Shown here: one piece after another, positions 1 to 10,640 of the stretch | How the letters are laid out: each line of letters starts with the position of its first letter | Numbering within the stretch: the stretch's first letter is position 1 | Source: Octopus sinensis | Taxonomy: Eukaryota | Direction of reading: 5' to 3' | Assembly (NCBI RefSeq): GCF_006345805.1 | Contig: NC_043005.1 | Location: forward strand, 78,802,001-78,866,000 | Length of the DNA stretch: 64,000 nucleotides | The notes under the pieces: model-generated | The model's input: the letters and a program-made list of their open reading frames with translations, nothing else | What the model was told of the DNA's origin: nothing | The model's database searches: none | Program-made: the position numbers and the translations under genes

Positions 1-85
1 TTCATATACGTATAATATGGATAGTTTAAGTATATATTTGTATATGTAAACATAGATATATTACTATTATATAATATATACGCAA

Positions 86-340
86 TTATTTACAAAATAT
101 TATATATATGTATGTATGTGTGTACATACATTCATGCATATATATATATACATACATACATGCATACATACACACATACAAACGTACACACACATACATA
201 TATATATATATATACATACATACATACATACATGCATCCATACATACATACACACGCACATACATACATACATACATACCTACATACACACACATACATA
301 CATACATACATACACAGAGCAACACACACACACACACATA
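86..340. repeat. Compound (TACA)n/(TA)n/(CA)n microsatellite
   Basis: Read directly from the sequence; explains the overlapping MYVC/HTYI ORFs. Confidence 0.95.
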
Positions 341-862
341 CGTTTAATGTTTATTCTATACTAATGGATTACTTATCCAAAACAAATATATAATTTGTTA
401 TTCGTTTTTGGTTATTATTGCTGTGTATATCATATTTGTTTGTTTTCCATTATGTTTTGCTTGTTTTGCTGTTTTTTTTTATTTTTATTTTCCTTATAAA
501 TTAATTTTGTAAAATGCATAATGATTTCAAAGTTACCTTTATTGAAAAGTTTTGAAGTCCAAATCTCGTTATATATGTGTGGCACCAGATAAATTGATAG
601 CTTCAAAACATAACGTTGTATTGAAGAAAAATATCATTCTGATATCGTATTTTTGTTCCTGCTTTAATCTTTTCTTTTGGCAAATCATAGTTTGAGTTTT
701 AATAGCAGAGATTCAAACTAATTAATGTTTATAAATCCCCACAAAATATCCTTAATAATCTCTCCTTTACAAATAAGTTTTAGGTGATGGTGGGGATTTT
801 ACAAGTGTCACACAATACTTGAAACAGCTGTCAGATAACTTTCTATTTACATTAAGTTACAT

Positions 863-1186
863 GTGAAGGCAAGTGGCTTAGTAGTTAGGGCATTCGACTC
901 AAGATTTTAAGGTCGTGAGTTCAATTCCCAGCGACGCATTGTGTCCTTGAGCAAGACACTTTATTTCACGTTGCTCCAGTCCACTCAGCTGACAAAAATG
1001 AGTTGTGCCTGTATTTCAAAGGGCCAGCCTTGTCACACTCTGTGTCACGCTGAATCTCTTTGATAACTAATTTAGGGGTACATGTGGCTGTGGATTGCTC
1101 AGCCATTTGCACGTTATTTTCACGAGCAAGCAGTACTGTTGATCGTATCAACTGGGACCCTCGTCGTCATAACCGACGGAATGCTC
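863..1186 (+). mobile_element. tRNA-derived SINE, CORE-like head H2 plus tail T1
   Basis: A box TGGCTTAGTAGTTAGG; B box GAGTTCAATTCC; CORE-like GTGTCCTTGAGCAAGACACTTTATTTCACGTTGCTCCAG; tail CCTGTATTTCAAAGGGCC...GACGGAATGCTC shared with 8236-8622 and 50229-50618. Confidence 0.85.
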
Positions 1187-1287
1187 CTGGAGTTACACAG
1201 AAAAGAAAAACAAATGAAATTTTGGACAACTTACTCGTAGATACATTACCTGAAGAAAAAGACGAGTTGATTTGACTACAGTTATCC

Positions 1288-1513
1288 TTTGTCCTTTGCT
1301 TGTGTCAGACATTAAACGGCGGTCATGCTGGGGCACCCTCTAGAAGAATCTTTAGTCGAATGTATGATTCCAGTAATAACTTTTCTTCAAATCGAATACT
1401 TATGCTATAGTCACTTTTGCCGAACCGCTAATTAAGGAGAAGTAAACACACCAACAACGGTGATGAGAGACAAACGCAGACACAAAGGCGTACACATACA
1501 CATATGTATATGT

Positions 1514-1569
<56 letters not shown>

Positions 1570-1599
1570 TATAATATATATGTGTGTGTATGTATGTAT

Positions 1600-1638
<39 letters not shown>

Positions 1639-1828
1639 AATGCACACACACACACACATATATATATACGACGATGCTTCTTTCAGTGTTTCTGTCTACA
1701 AAAATCCACTCACAAGGCCTTGGTCGGCCCGACGCTATAGTAGGAGACACTTGCTCAGGGTGCTACGCAGTATGTCTGAACTCGGAACCATGTGAGTAGG
1801 AAGCAGACTTCTTACCACACAGCCATGT
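1288..1828 (-). mobile_element. SINE family B (tRNA-like head, internal microsatellite, GGTGCTCCAGCATGGCC tail)
   Basis: Homologous to many copies in this window, e.g. 3428-3868, 57555-57890, 61720-62060. Confidence 0.85.
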
Positions 1829-2349
1829 TGCTTGATAAAATAAATAAAATTTTGGACAATTTAATGGTGGACACACTCCTCGAAGTAAAACACGAGATGA
1901 ATACGGATGGAAGATCTTTGACTATAAGCCTTGGTGAAGGCTTGTCGTGGTTAAACAAAACTAACAATAAAGCGGCAGTCACCATTCCATATGCTTATGT
2001 AAATGAAATACACATCGAGAGGAAATATTACTCTCAAATTTTGGCACAATGCCAGCAATTTTGGGAAGGAAATAAGTCGATTACATCACCACCAGTGTTC
2101 AACTGGTACTGTTGTCAAAGGAGGAATAGTGACAAAATTCCAATATAAAATGCTTTCAAGGAAGCCACAAAGTTTTGGTCTCATATGACCCTGCTGCACG
2201 CATACGTATGCACAAAGAAGGATGAAGAAGAGATCTCCTCCTGGTGCAGGTTTTCAATGAATACAAGATACTTTTCACCAATGAAGTTGTCTTCCTGTGA
2301 CTATTAATTATTGACAAATGTATTTTCCCCCTGGGGCGCTGAGACTCCT

Positions 2350-2790
2350 CGCAGCACCTCCCATTACATGCCTTTTTACTCTATTACCCGATCTAGTTTC
2401 CAGTCTGTCGTCTGGAAGTTAGGTGAATGGGACTTCGGCGCGGAATATTAGAGAGAAAAAAGAGTGTTATCATCTGCGTATAGGTGTGACTTTGCTGGAA
2501 TTTACGGTACATATTTTACTGATGTAAAGGCAAATACCTGTAGGATAAAGATCCGAACTAATGTAAGAGGGGGAAAATCTGTAGAGTAAAGATCTGAATT
2601 GCTATATATGTGAGATATAAGCCTGTAGGAGAAAATTCCAAACTACAGTTACCAGAATGTACAGAAATACTAGAATTAAAATCACCTAAAATCAGAAAGC
2701 TGTAGGTCACAGAACGTATTTCAGATAAGCTCTCTGGTCTAAAAACATCAGTATAGCTATAGGCAGTTATAATTTTCATGACTTACAAAA
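2350..2790 (-). pseudogene. Highly degenerate APE/RT LINE remnant (CR1/L2-like)
   Basis: Minus-strand translations give FLILGDFN (APE motif) and SHLYADDNTLF (RT motif); stops and frameshifts present. Confidence 0.4.
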
Positions 2791-3180
2791 GCCACGGAGA
2801 TGCAAGTAAAACGATCATTATCACCGCGTGTCCAATTATTTACGAGATATTTATAACAAGGAAACCATTGTAGCTAATTACAATAGTGAATATACGAACT
2901 AACACTAGATAGGAAAACGTTTGTTAACAATACAAACACACTATTCGAAAAAAAAAAAAAACCCTCAGAAATTAGATTAGCAGAAAAGCTTTATGAAGGG
3001 GTATTATTGATCAAGTTTAGTCAAAATTTAATTTATAGATATAAAACCCGTGTAATAAGCTAAGAAATGTCTAATATATAATTGTAATATCAAAGTAAAA
3101 TTGGACTTTAATTGATAGCGTAAAAGACGCACGGGCATATTAGACGTACCCCAATATCAGCAGTGTATATATTTGGTCAG

Positions 3181-3380
3181 TGGAGGTGGATGTTTCATGA
3201 TTAGGGTGTTGGACTCAGGATCATAAGATTGTGATATTGAGTTCTTGAGCCAAACACCTCATTTCACGTTGCTCCAGCCCACTCAGCTGGCGAAAATGAG
3301 TAACCCTGCGACGGACCGGTGCACCGTCCGGGCAGGTATATTATATACGCCAGAGAAACCGAGAAGCCGGCTCCATGATC
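3181..3380 (+). mobile_element. Degenerate SINE, head H2 plus tail T4 (CCCTGCGACGGAC...GAAACCGAGAAGCCGGC)
   Basis: TTTCACGTTGCTCCAGCCCACTCAGCTG core; related copy at 46455-46695 (-). Confidence 0.65.
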
Positions 3381-3427
3381 CTTCCGGCCAAATATGTTTA
3401 ATCATATTCTATTATTCTTATATTCTT

Positions 3428-3868
3428 TTCTTTCTTTACTTGTTTCAGTAATTTTATTGTGGCCATGACGGAGTACCGACTTTAGTCGAACAACTTGACC
3501 CCAGGACTTATTCTATGTAAGCCTAGTACTTATTCTATTGGTCTCTTTTGCCGAACCGCTAAGTTACAGGGATGCAAACAGACCAATATCGTTGTCAAGC
3601 GATGGTGAAGGGACAAACATAGACACACAAATACGCACACACACACAAACAAACACCACACACAACGCACACACACATACACACACACACATATATATAC
3701 ACACATATATACGAGGGGCTTCTTTCAGTTTCTTTCTACCAAATCCACTATCAAGGCTTTGGGCGGCCCGAGGCTATTGTAGAAGACACTTGCCCAAGGT
3801 GCCACACAGCGGGACTGAACCCGGAACCATGTGATTGGGAAGCAAGCGTCATACCCACAACCACTCAT
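3428..3868 (-). mobile_element. SINE family B
   Basis: Head, central (CA)n and tail all present. Confidence 0.85.
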
Positions 3869-3980
3869 GTACCTATATAAATTCAGTAAAAAAAAATGTG
3901 CATGGGACAAGGGTGAAATTTTGAGACATTTTAGAGGAACAAGGTGCGTCATGCATGCCATCAAATACGGAAAATGTTGC

Positions 3981-4365
3981 GTCGAGCTTTCAGAATCGTT
4001 AGCACAGCCGGGCGAAATGCTTAGCGGTATTTCGTCGGCCGCTACGTTCTGAATTCAATTTCCGCCGAGGTCGACTTTGTCTTTCATCCTTTCGGGGTTG
4101 ATAAATTAAGTATTAGTTACGTACTGGGGTCGATATAATCGACTTAATCCGTCTGCTTGTCCTTGTTTGTCTCCTCTGTGTTTAGCCGCATTGTGGGTAG
4201 TAAAGAAATAGGTATTTCGTCTGCCGTTACGTTCTGAGTTCAAATTCCGCCAAGGTCGACTTTCGGGGTCGATAAATTAAGTACCTGTTGCGTACTGGGG
4301 TAGACCTAATCTACTACCCCCCTTCCCCCGAAAATTTGGGGCTTTGTGCCAAGAGTAGAAAAGAA
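3981..4365 (+). mobile_element. SINE family C, partially dimeric form
   Basis: GAATCGTTAGC A box, GTTCAAATTCC B box, GCCTTTCATCCTTTCGGGGTCGATAAATTAAGTACC domain; second monomer restarts after AAAGAAATAG (about 4201-4220). Confidence 0.85.
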
Positions 4366-4521
4366 ACGCTGATAGATTTTACAAAAGTTATCTCAAGAGA
4401 TTTTCTATAGAAATTATAGCCAACACGCATTATCTAGTATATTGTGGTTGCATAATAAAATACGGTGTTGCCCATATCGCTTAGGAACAGACTTACACTC
4501 TACAGCATTATATATTTATAT

Positions 4522-4830
4522 CACCGTGATCACCGTGACCGACCAGGCTATCAGATGTTGCTACACAGCGCTGGTCACAATGCGCTTCGCATTGCTTTAG
4601 CCTTCAAATCACGCTACTCCGCTGGCTAAGCGAGCAGGCCAACAGAAGAAAAAGTGAGAGAAAGTTGTGGCGAAAGAGTACAGCAGGGATCGCCACCACC
4701 TCTACCGGAGCCTCGTGGAGCTTTAGGTGTTTTCGCTCAATAAACACACACAACGCCCAGTCTGGGAATGGAAACCGCGATCCTACAACCGCGAGTCCGC
4801 TGCCCTAATCACTGGACCATTGCGCCTCCA
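4522..4830 (-). mobile_element. tRNA-derived SINE, head H1 plus tail T2
   Basis: Head GGAGGCGCAATGGTCCAGTG; ACGGTGAT tandem tail; probable 12-bp TSD ATATATTTATAT (4510-4521 / 4832-4843). Confidence 0.9.
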
Positions 4831-5002
4831 AATATATTTATATACTTAGCTGAAATCAAATTTTGATGTTACGCTTTCTTATTATTCATGACGAAAAAAA
4901 TCTAAAAAATACTCCTTTAGAAACAACCGTTGATCGCCTCATTAAAGAGATTGGTTTAATCATTTAAATTTTTAGGTTTACTGCATCTGGTTGCTACGCA
5001 AA

Positions 5003-5004
<2 letters not shown>

Positions 5005-5050
<46 letters not shown>

Positions 5051-5228
5051 TATATATATATATATATATATTATATTATATATATATATATATGTATGTA
5101 TATGTATATATATATGTATATATGTAATATATATATATGTATGTATATGTATATATATATATGAATATATATATATATATATATGCATATATATATATTA
5201 TATATGTATATATTATATATAATATATA

Positions 5229-5273
<45 letters not shown>

Positions 5274-5291
5274 TATATATATATGTGTATG

Positions 5292-5330
<39 letters not shown>

Positions 5331-5340
5331 TATATATAAT
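5005..5340. repeat. Interrupted (TA)n microsatellite
   Basis: Read directly from the sequence. Confidence 0.95.
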
Positions 5341-5342
5341 AT

Positions 5343-5648
5343 GGAGTCGCAATGACCCAGTGGTTAGGGCAGCGGACTCACGGTTGTAGGATCGTGTTTC
5401 GATTCCCAGACCGGGCGTTGGGAGTGTTTATTGTGCGAAAACACCTAAAGCTTCACGAGGTTCCGACAGGTGGGTGGTGGTGGCGATCCCTGCTGTACTC
5501 TTTCACCACAACTTTCTCTCACTCTTTCTTCTGTTGGCCTGCTCGCTGAGCTAGCGGGGTAGCGTCATTTGAAGGCTAAAAACAATGCGAAGCGCATTGT
5601 GACCAGCCTTGTGTAGCAACATCTGATAGCCTGATCGGTCACGGTGAT
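5343..5648 (+). mobile_element. tRNA-derived SINE, head H1 plus tail T2 (inverted partner of 4522-4830)
   Basis: Colinear with the reverse complement of 4522-4830 along its whole length. Confidence 0.9.
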
Positions 5649-6094
5649 ATATATATATATATTAGGCAAATTGGAGAAAAACATGAAACATTAATAAAGA
5701 GGGTTCACTCGGATGAAGTCATGTCTACCGTATAAGGAACTTCCATGTGGCACGCTTGAACAATTGTGAAGATCTCTTTACATGAAAATCATTGGTTGTC
5801 TTGTGAACCAACAAGTACAGAATATTTATCTAACAATGCGTCGCTGACCATTCATTTTCACTGTTCGATATTAGCGTACAAAACTTTGTATATATACGTG
5901 TGTGTAAGTGTGTGTGTTTGTGTGTGTGTGTGTATGTGTGTGTGTGTGCGTGTGTGTGTGTGTATGTATGTATGTATGTATGTATGTATGTATGTATGTA
6001 TATGTCAATGTGTATATATACGCATGCATATATTGGCGTGTGGATGCATATACGTGGCAAAATAATTATGTACATAACATTTCCATCAACAATA

Positions 6095-6200
6095 AGGACC
6101 CTGTATGGTAACAACTTGGCTTCCAAGTGTCCACAATTATTCAACATTCTGCCAAAAAAACCTCAGAAATTTATGAAGTGTAGATGTGGATGTAGTTAAA
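6095..6200 (+). pseudogene. Short CR1-type LINE ORF2 C-terminal fragment
   Basis: RTLYGNNLASKCPQLFNILPK resembles CNSLGCKTPHLFNILPK of the element at 16925-17560. Confidence 0.5.
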
Positions 6201-6527
6201 GTACGTGTACATAAATGTTGATCCGAGACACCAGATGGACGCACATCACTGCAGGACGCATAAACAAGACAGGCCTGCTATTTCACTAGATGCCATATAG
6301 ACTCGCTATTTTACTAGATACCATAAACCGAATCACACTGAAAAAATGTGCCCCAACGTAATCTCAGTCTTTCGCTGTAACAAGCAAGAGACATGAGCTT
6401 GTAAATTGATACGTCTATGTAGAAGCACTAAAGCGCAACACAAAATAGATTTAAGATAGTGTGAAATATCAAATTTTATAGAAGGTGGATGTTTCAGAAA
6501 ACGGAGTTACTGGTTGCTAAGTTTTTC

Positions 6528-6690
6528 AGGCGTGGCTGTGTGATAGGAAGCTTGCTTACAAACCACATGGTTCCAGGTTCAGTAGTGTGTGGTATCTTGA
6601 GCAAGTTTTTCTACTATAGCCTCGGGCCGACCAAAGCCTTGTGAGTGGGTTTGGTAGAAGGAAACTGAAAAAAGAAGCTGTCGTATATAT
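6528..6690 (+). mobile_element. SINE family B, 5' half
   Basis: GGCGTGGCTGTGTG...GCCTCGGGCCGACCAAAGCCTTGTGAGTGG. Confidence 0.8.
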
Positions 6691-6702
6691 GTATATATAT
6701 AT

Positions 6703-7043
6703 CGCATGGCTCAGTGGTTAGAGCGTCGAGCTTACGATCGTGAGGTTGTGAGCTCGAATCCCGGACCGGGCTGCGTGTTGTGTTCTTGAGCAAGGCACTT
6801 TATTTCACGTTGCTCCAGTTCACTCAACTGTAGGAATGAGTTGCGACGTCACTGGTGCCAAGCTGTATCGACCTTTGTCTTTCCGTTGGATAACACTGGT
6901 GGCGTGGAGAGGGGAGGCTGGTATGCATGGGCGACTGCTGGTCTTCCATAAAAAACCTTGCCCGGACTTGTGTCTAGGAGGGTAACTTTCTAGGTGCAAT
7001 CCCATGGTCATTCATGACCGAAGGGGGTCTTTACCCCCTTTTT
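6703..7043 (+). mobile_element. tRNA-derived SINE, CORE-like head H2 plus tail T3
   Basis: A box TGGCTCAGTGGTTAGAG; B box GAGCTCGAATCCC; CORE-like block; tail CATGACCGAAGGGGGTCTTTACC. Confidence 0.85.
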
Positions 7044-7064
7044 ATATATATAATATATATATAT

Positions 7065-7446
7065 TATATATATATTATCATAATAAACAAAGGTGAAATT
7101 AATTAATTAACTAGTAATCAATAATTTCACCAAGTAGAATTCGGCACCAAAAGGGACGATTTCTCGGTAAACTTAAGTAATATTTTATAATTAGGGTTCA
7201 GCAAAGATTTGCTTTATCACATACCGAAGTTTAGTAATAGCAGCCAGTGTCTTAGCTATTTCCTCTACTTTAAAAAGAGATTCCCGGACAAAAACAAAGT
7301 ACTCGAAAAACAATCCACACAGGCAGAGATGAAGAATAACGAAAATCAATCGATATTTGATTACCCATGTACGCGTTTCAGAATTAGCTCGGTATAAAGA
7401 ATGTAGAATTTATACTTTATCCGGAACACTTTCCTCATCAGCATGG
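7065..7446 (-). mobile_element. Penelope-like terminal repeat (pLTR) remnant carrying a hammerhead
   Basis: 7085-7270 is homologous to the arms at 45506-45920; hammerhead at 7365-7446. Confidence 0.6.
7365..7446 (-). ncRNA. Type-I hammerhead ribozyme, core intact, long helix II
   Basis: Minus strand: ccatg CUGAUGA ggaa-[about 47 nt with internal hairpin cgg-ataaag/ctttat-ccg]-uucu GAAA cgcg UA catgg; palindromic helix III ACGCGU; predicted cleavage at GUA. Confidence 0.75.
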
Positions 7447-7469
7447 AACTTCATATATATATATATATG

Positions 7470-9420
7470 AACCTCAGAACTCTCTGCATTCAATAAAACA
7501 GTGGACCAAAATGTGTTTGCAGTGCCAGGACTCATAGCAACATTTGGACTGCTTCGTTGGACGCTTGATGAGATCCGAGCCATTGATGGGAAAACCTGAA
7601 AAATACTAACAAGCATGCATAATTTCCACATAAACAGTGACGTAGACCACATCAACCTAAAACAAAAACAAGGCGGTAGATGCTTAACATCAATCCAATA
7701 TGCCTTTCAATGTCGCATCATATCTCTTTGGCAACATCTATTAACCACAGGGTGTCGAAGTGCATCCCTTGACTAATTTTGCATACACGAGGCTGATAAT
7801 ATCGTAAGACTTGGAAGGCAGCTCCTTCAGTAGTATTCTTTGTCTCATAACCTAGAATAAATGCCCAAAGAAATCACATGACTCTACCACAACGTATCAT
7901 CAGATGAAAAGATGAGACTATATGAGCAGAAGACTCATCAATCATCAAAGCAGTTTATCATAGTAACATCAATCATCAAAGCAGTTTATCATAGACCAAT
8001 AGCCGGATTACTACCTCCCACTTTGAAGGGTATGCGTTTGCAATCCAACAACAGGAAATATCATCCAAGTACCTGATGTACAATAGGGACAGAGATGCAG
8101 GAAGAGAAGTAAAATGTGACAACCGTTGCAGACTTTGTGGAGTTAACACCGAAGATATCACCTACATCTTAAGCAGATGTCAGAAAATATCATCACAGTA
8201 TTACCGTCCGATGAGACATGATGCCGTAGCTAGGATTGGAAGCACTCCGTCGGTTACGACGACGAGGGTTCTGGTTGATCCGATCAACGGAACAGCCTGC
8301 TCGTGAAATTAACGTGTAAGTGGCTGAGCACTCCACAGACACGTGTACCCTTAACGCAGTTCTCGGGGATATTCAGCGTGACACAGAGAGTGACAAGGCC
8401 GGCCCTTTGAAATACAGGTACAACAGAAACAGGAAGTAAGAGTGAGAGAAATTGTGGTGATGTGAAGAGTACAGCAGGGATCACCACCATCCCCTGCCGG
8501 AGCCTCGTGGAGCTTTAGGTGTTTTCGCTCAATAAACACTCACAACGCCCGGTCTGGGAATCGAAACCGCGATCCTACGACCGCGAGTCCGCTGCCCTAA
8601 CCACTGGGCCATTGCGCCTCCACCGTAGCTAGGACACTCTAGGAAATCTGCAGAAAAGATAACTCCGAAGACAAAGAAATAAAACCCACACTATGTTAGA
8701 AGCCATAGCCATTCATAATAAAAAAAGGAGTACTGGTGGAATGTTCCAATGACGACCTTAATAACATGTAAGCACAACAGACCTGATATAATGATTTGGG
8801 AGGGAGATGAAAAACTACGCTCGGTTGTGGAAATTAGCTGCCCAGCGGATGTTAAAATGAAAAAGGAAAATATATGCTGAACTATTGAGAAATCTGCGGT
8901 TACTCTATCCAGATTACAAGTTCAGGTTTATACCTGTAATTATTGGAGCACTAGGATATGTAAGAGACTGACTAAATAACAATGTTGAGAAAAAATAGGC
9001 TTCTTAAAACCAGAAAAGGGAAAGCTAATTCGAAGACTACCAACGCAATCCATCACTGAAACAGTAAAAATCTGTAAAACTTGCCAGAAGTTTTTCATTT
9101 AAGTATATATGAGCATGTCTAGATATATAACTATACGCTTGAGAATGCATACATAAAACATACAAATCTGCACATACATACATAGATACGTACATTCGTA
9201 TATACATACATACATACATACATACATACATACATACATACATACATACATGCATACATACATACATACATACATACATACATACATTCTTACATACATA
9301 CATACATACAAAAATAACCTGTTTTTGATGTTGAAATTCCAATGAAGGAACCTTGAATCTATGTTAGAAAACGGTTCTTTCTCTATTGGAAAGAAATCTG
9401 GAAATAAAGCGGAACAATGA
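7470..9420 (+). mobile_element. Degenerate R4/Dong-like RLE non-LTR retrotransposon, 5'-truncated, split by a SINE
   Basis: Translations include NSDVDHINLKQKQGGRCL, CRLCGVNTEDITYILSRC (CCHC-like), MRHDAVAR, HNRPDIMIW, FIPVIIGALG; 3' UTR contains (CATA)n. Confidence 0.8.
8236..8622 (-). mobile_element. Young tRNA-derived SINE, head H1 plus tail T1
   Basis: Perfect 12-bp TSD CCGTAGCTAGGA (8224-8235 / 8623-8634); near-identical to 50229-50618. Confidence 0.95.
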
Positions 9421-9499
9421 TATACATAGATACAGACAGACAGACAGACAAACAGACAAATAAATACATACATACATGCATACTCACATACATGTATAA

Positions 9500-9862
9500 G
9501 TATATTCTTTTATTCTTTTATTTGTTTCTTCTATGCGGCTGCTGTCCTTGTGGAGCACCACAATGAAAGGTGGAGCACGACCGTGTAAAAATGTAGGGTT
9601 TTGGCGTACGCATTTACACACACACACACACACACGCGCGCGCTTACAAACACATGCACACACACACAAACACACACACACGCATACAAGCAAACGCACA
9701 CACGTATAAATTGTATACGACGGAGTTCTTCCAGTTTCCGTCTACAAAATCCGCTCACAATCTTAATGGGCCTCAGGCTCTAATAGAAGACGCCGTGGGG
9801 TTGAACCCAGGACGATGTCGTTGAGAAGTAAACTTCTTACTACTTAGCTTAGCCTTCGCCTA
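9500..9862 (-). mobile_element. SINE family B, degenerate
   Basis: Tail, central (CA)n and head recognisable. Confidence 0.7.
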
Positions 9863-10313
9863 TATATATATACACACAAACAAACATATTTATCTGTCTA
9901 TCTGTCTATCTGTCTGTGTGTGTGTATCTCTCTTATCATAAATACATACATGCATACGTACACACACGTACACACACACACGTTGTTGATCATTTTGCAT
10001 ATCTGAAAAGTGTAATCATTGTTCAAAATTAACAATGCAATATACATATGTGCGTATGTATGTGTGTGTACTTAACTATTATGTATATATGTGAGCATGT
10101 GCGTATATGAGCAGCAGTGTGTAACTGCTCGTGTATATATCCGTACATATAACTCTTTCATTTCATATGCATATATTTGAATATATTAAGATAGTGCCTA
10201 AACGCATACATACATAAATACTTACATACATACATACATACATGCATACAATACATACACACAAAAATATGTCCAGTCAAAATGTATACGCGCACACATA
10301 AATACTCATAATT

Positions 10314-10319
<6 letters not shown>

Positions 10320-10359
<40 letters not shown>

Positions 10360-10403
10360 TGGATAGATAGATAGATAGATATAGATATAAATATATGCTA
10401 TAT

Positions 10404-10434
<31 letters not shown>

Positions 10435-10520
10435 GTGGTGTGTAAATATATATATATATGTATATATGTATATATATATATATATGCATATATGTATATA
10501 TATATACGTACATATATATA

Positions 10521-10571
<51 letters not shown>

Positions 10572-10640
10572 TGGATGGATGGATGGATGTGTATATATAT
10601 ATATATATATGTGTGTGTATATATATATGTATATATATAA
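10320..10640. repeat. (TA)n/(GATA)n/(GGAT)n compound microsatellite
   Basis: Read directly from the sequence. Confidence 0.95.

Noticed and set aside
5708-5775. CGGATGA...GAACAATTGTG as a hammerhead relic
   Set aside because: Core, GAAA and cleavage-site nucleotides are all non-consensus and helix I does not pair
6703-6770. tRNA-like sequences (also 863, 5343, 44530-44598, 50231) as real tRNA genes
   Set aside because: No complete acceptor stem; they continue into SINE bodies and are multicopy SINE heads
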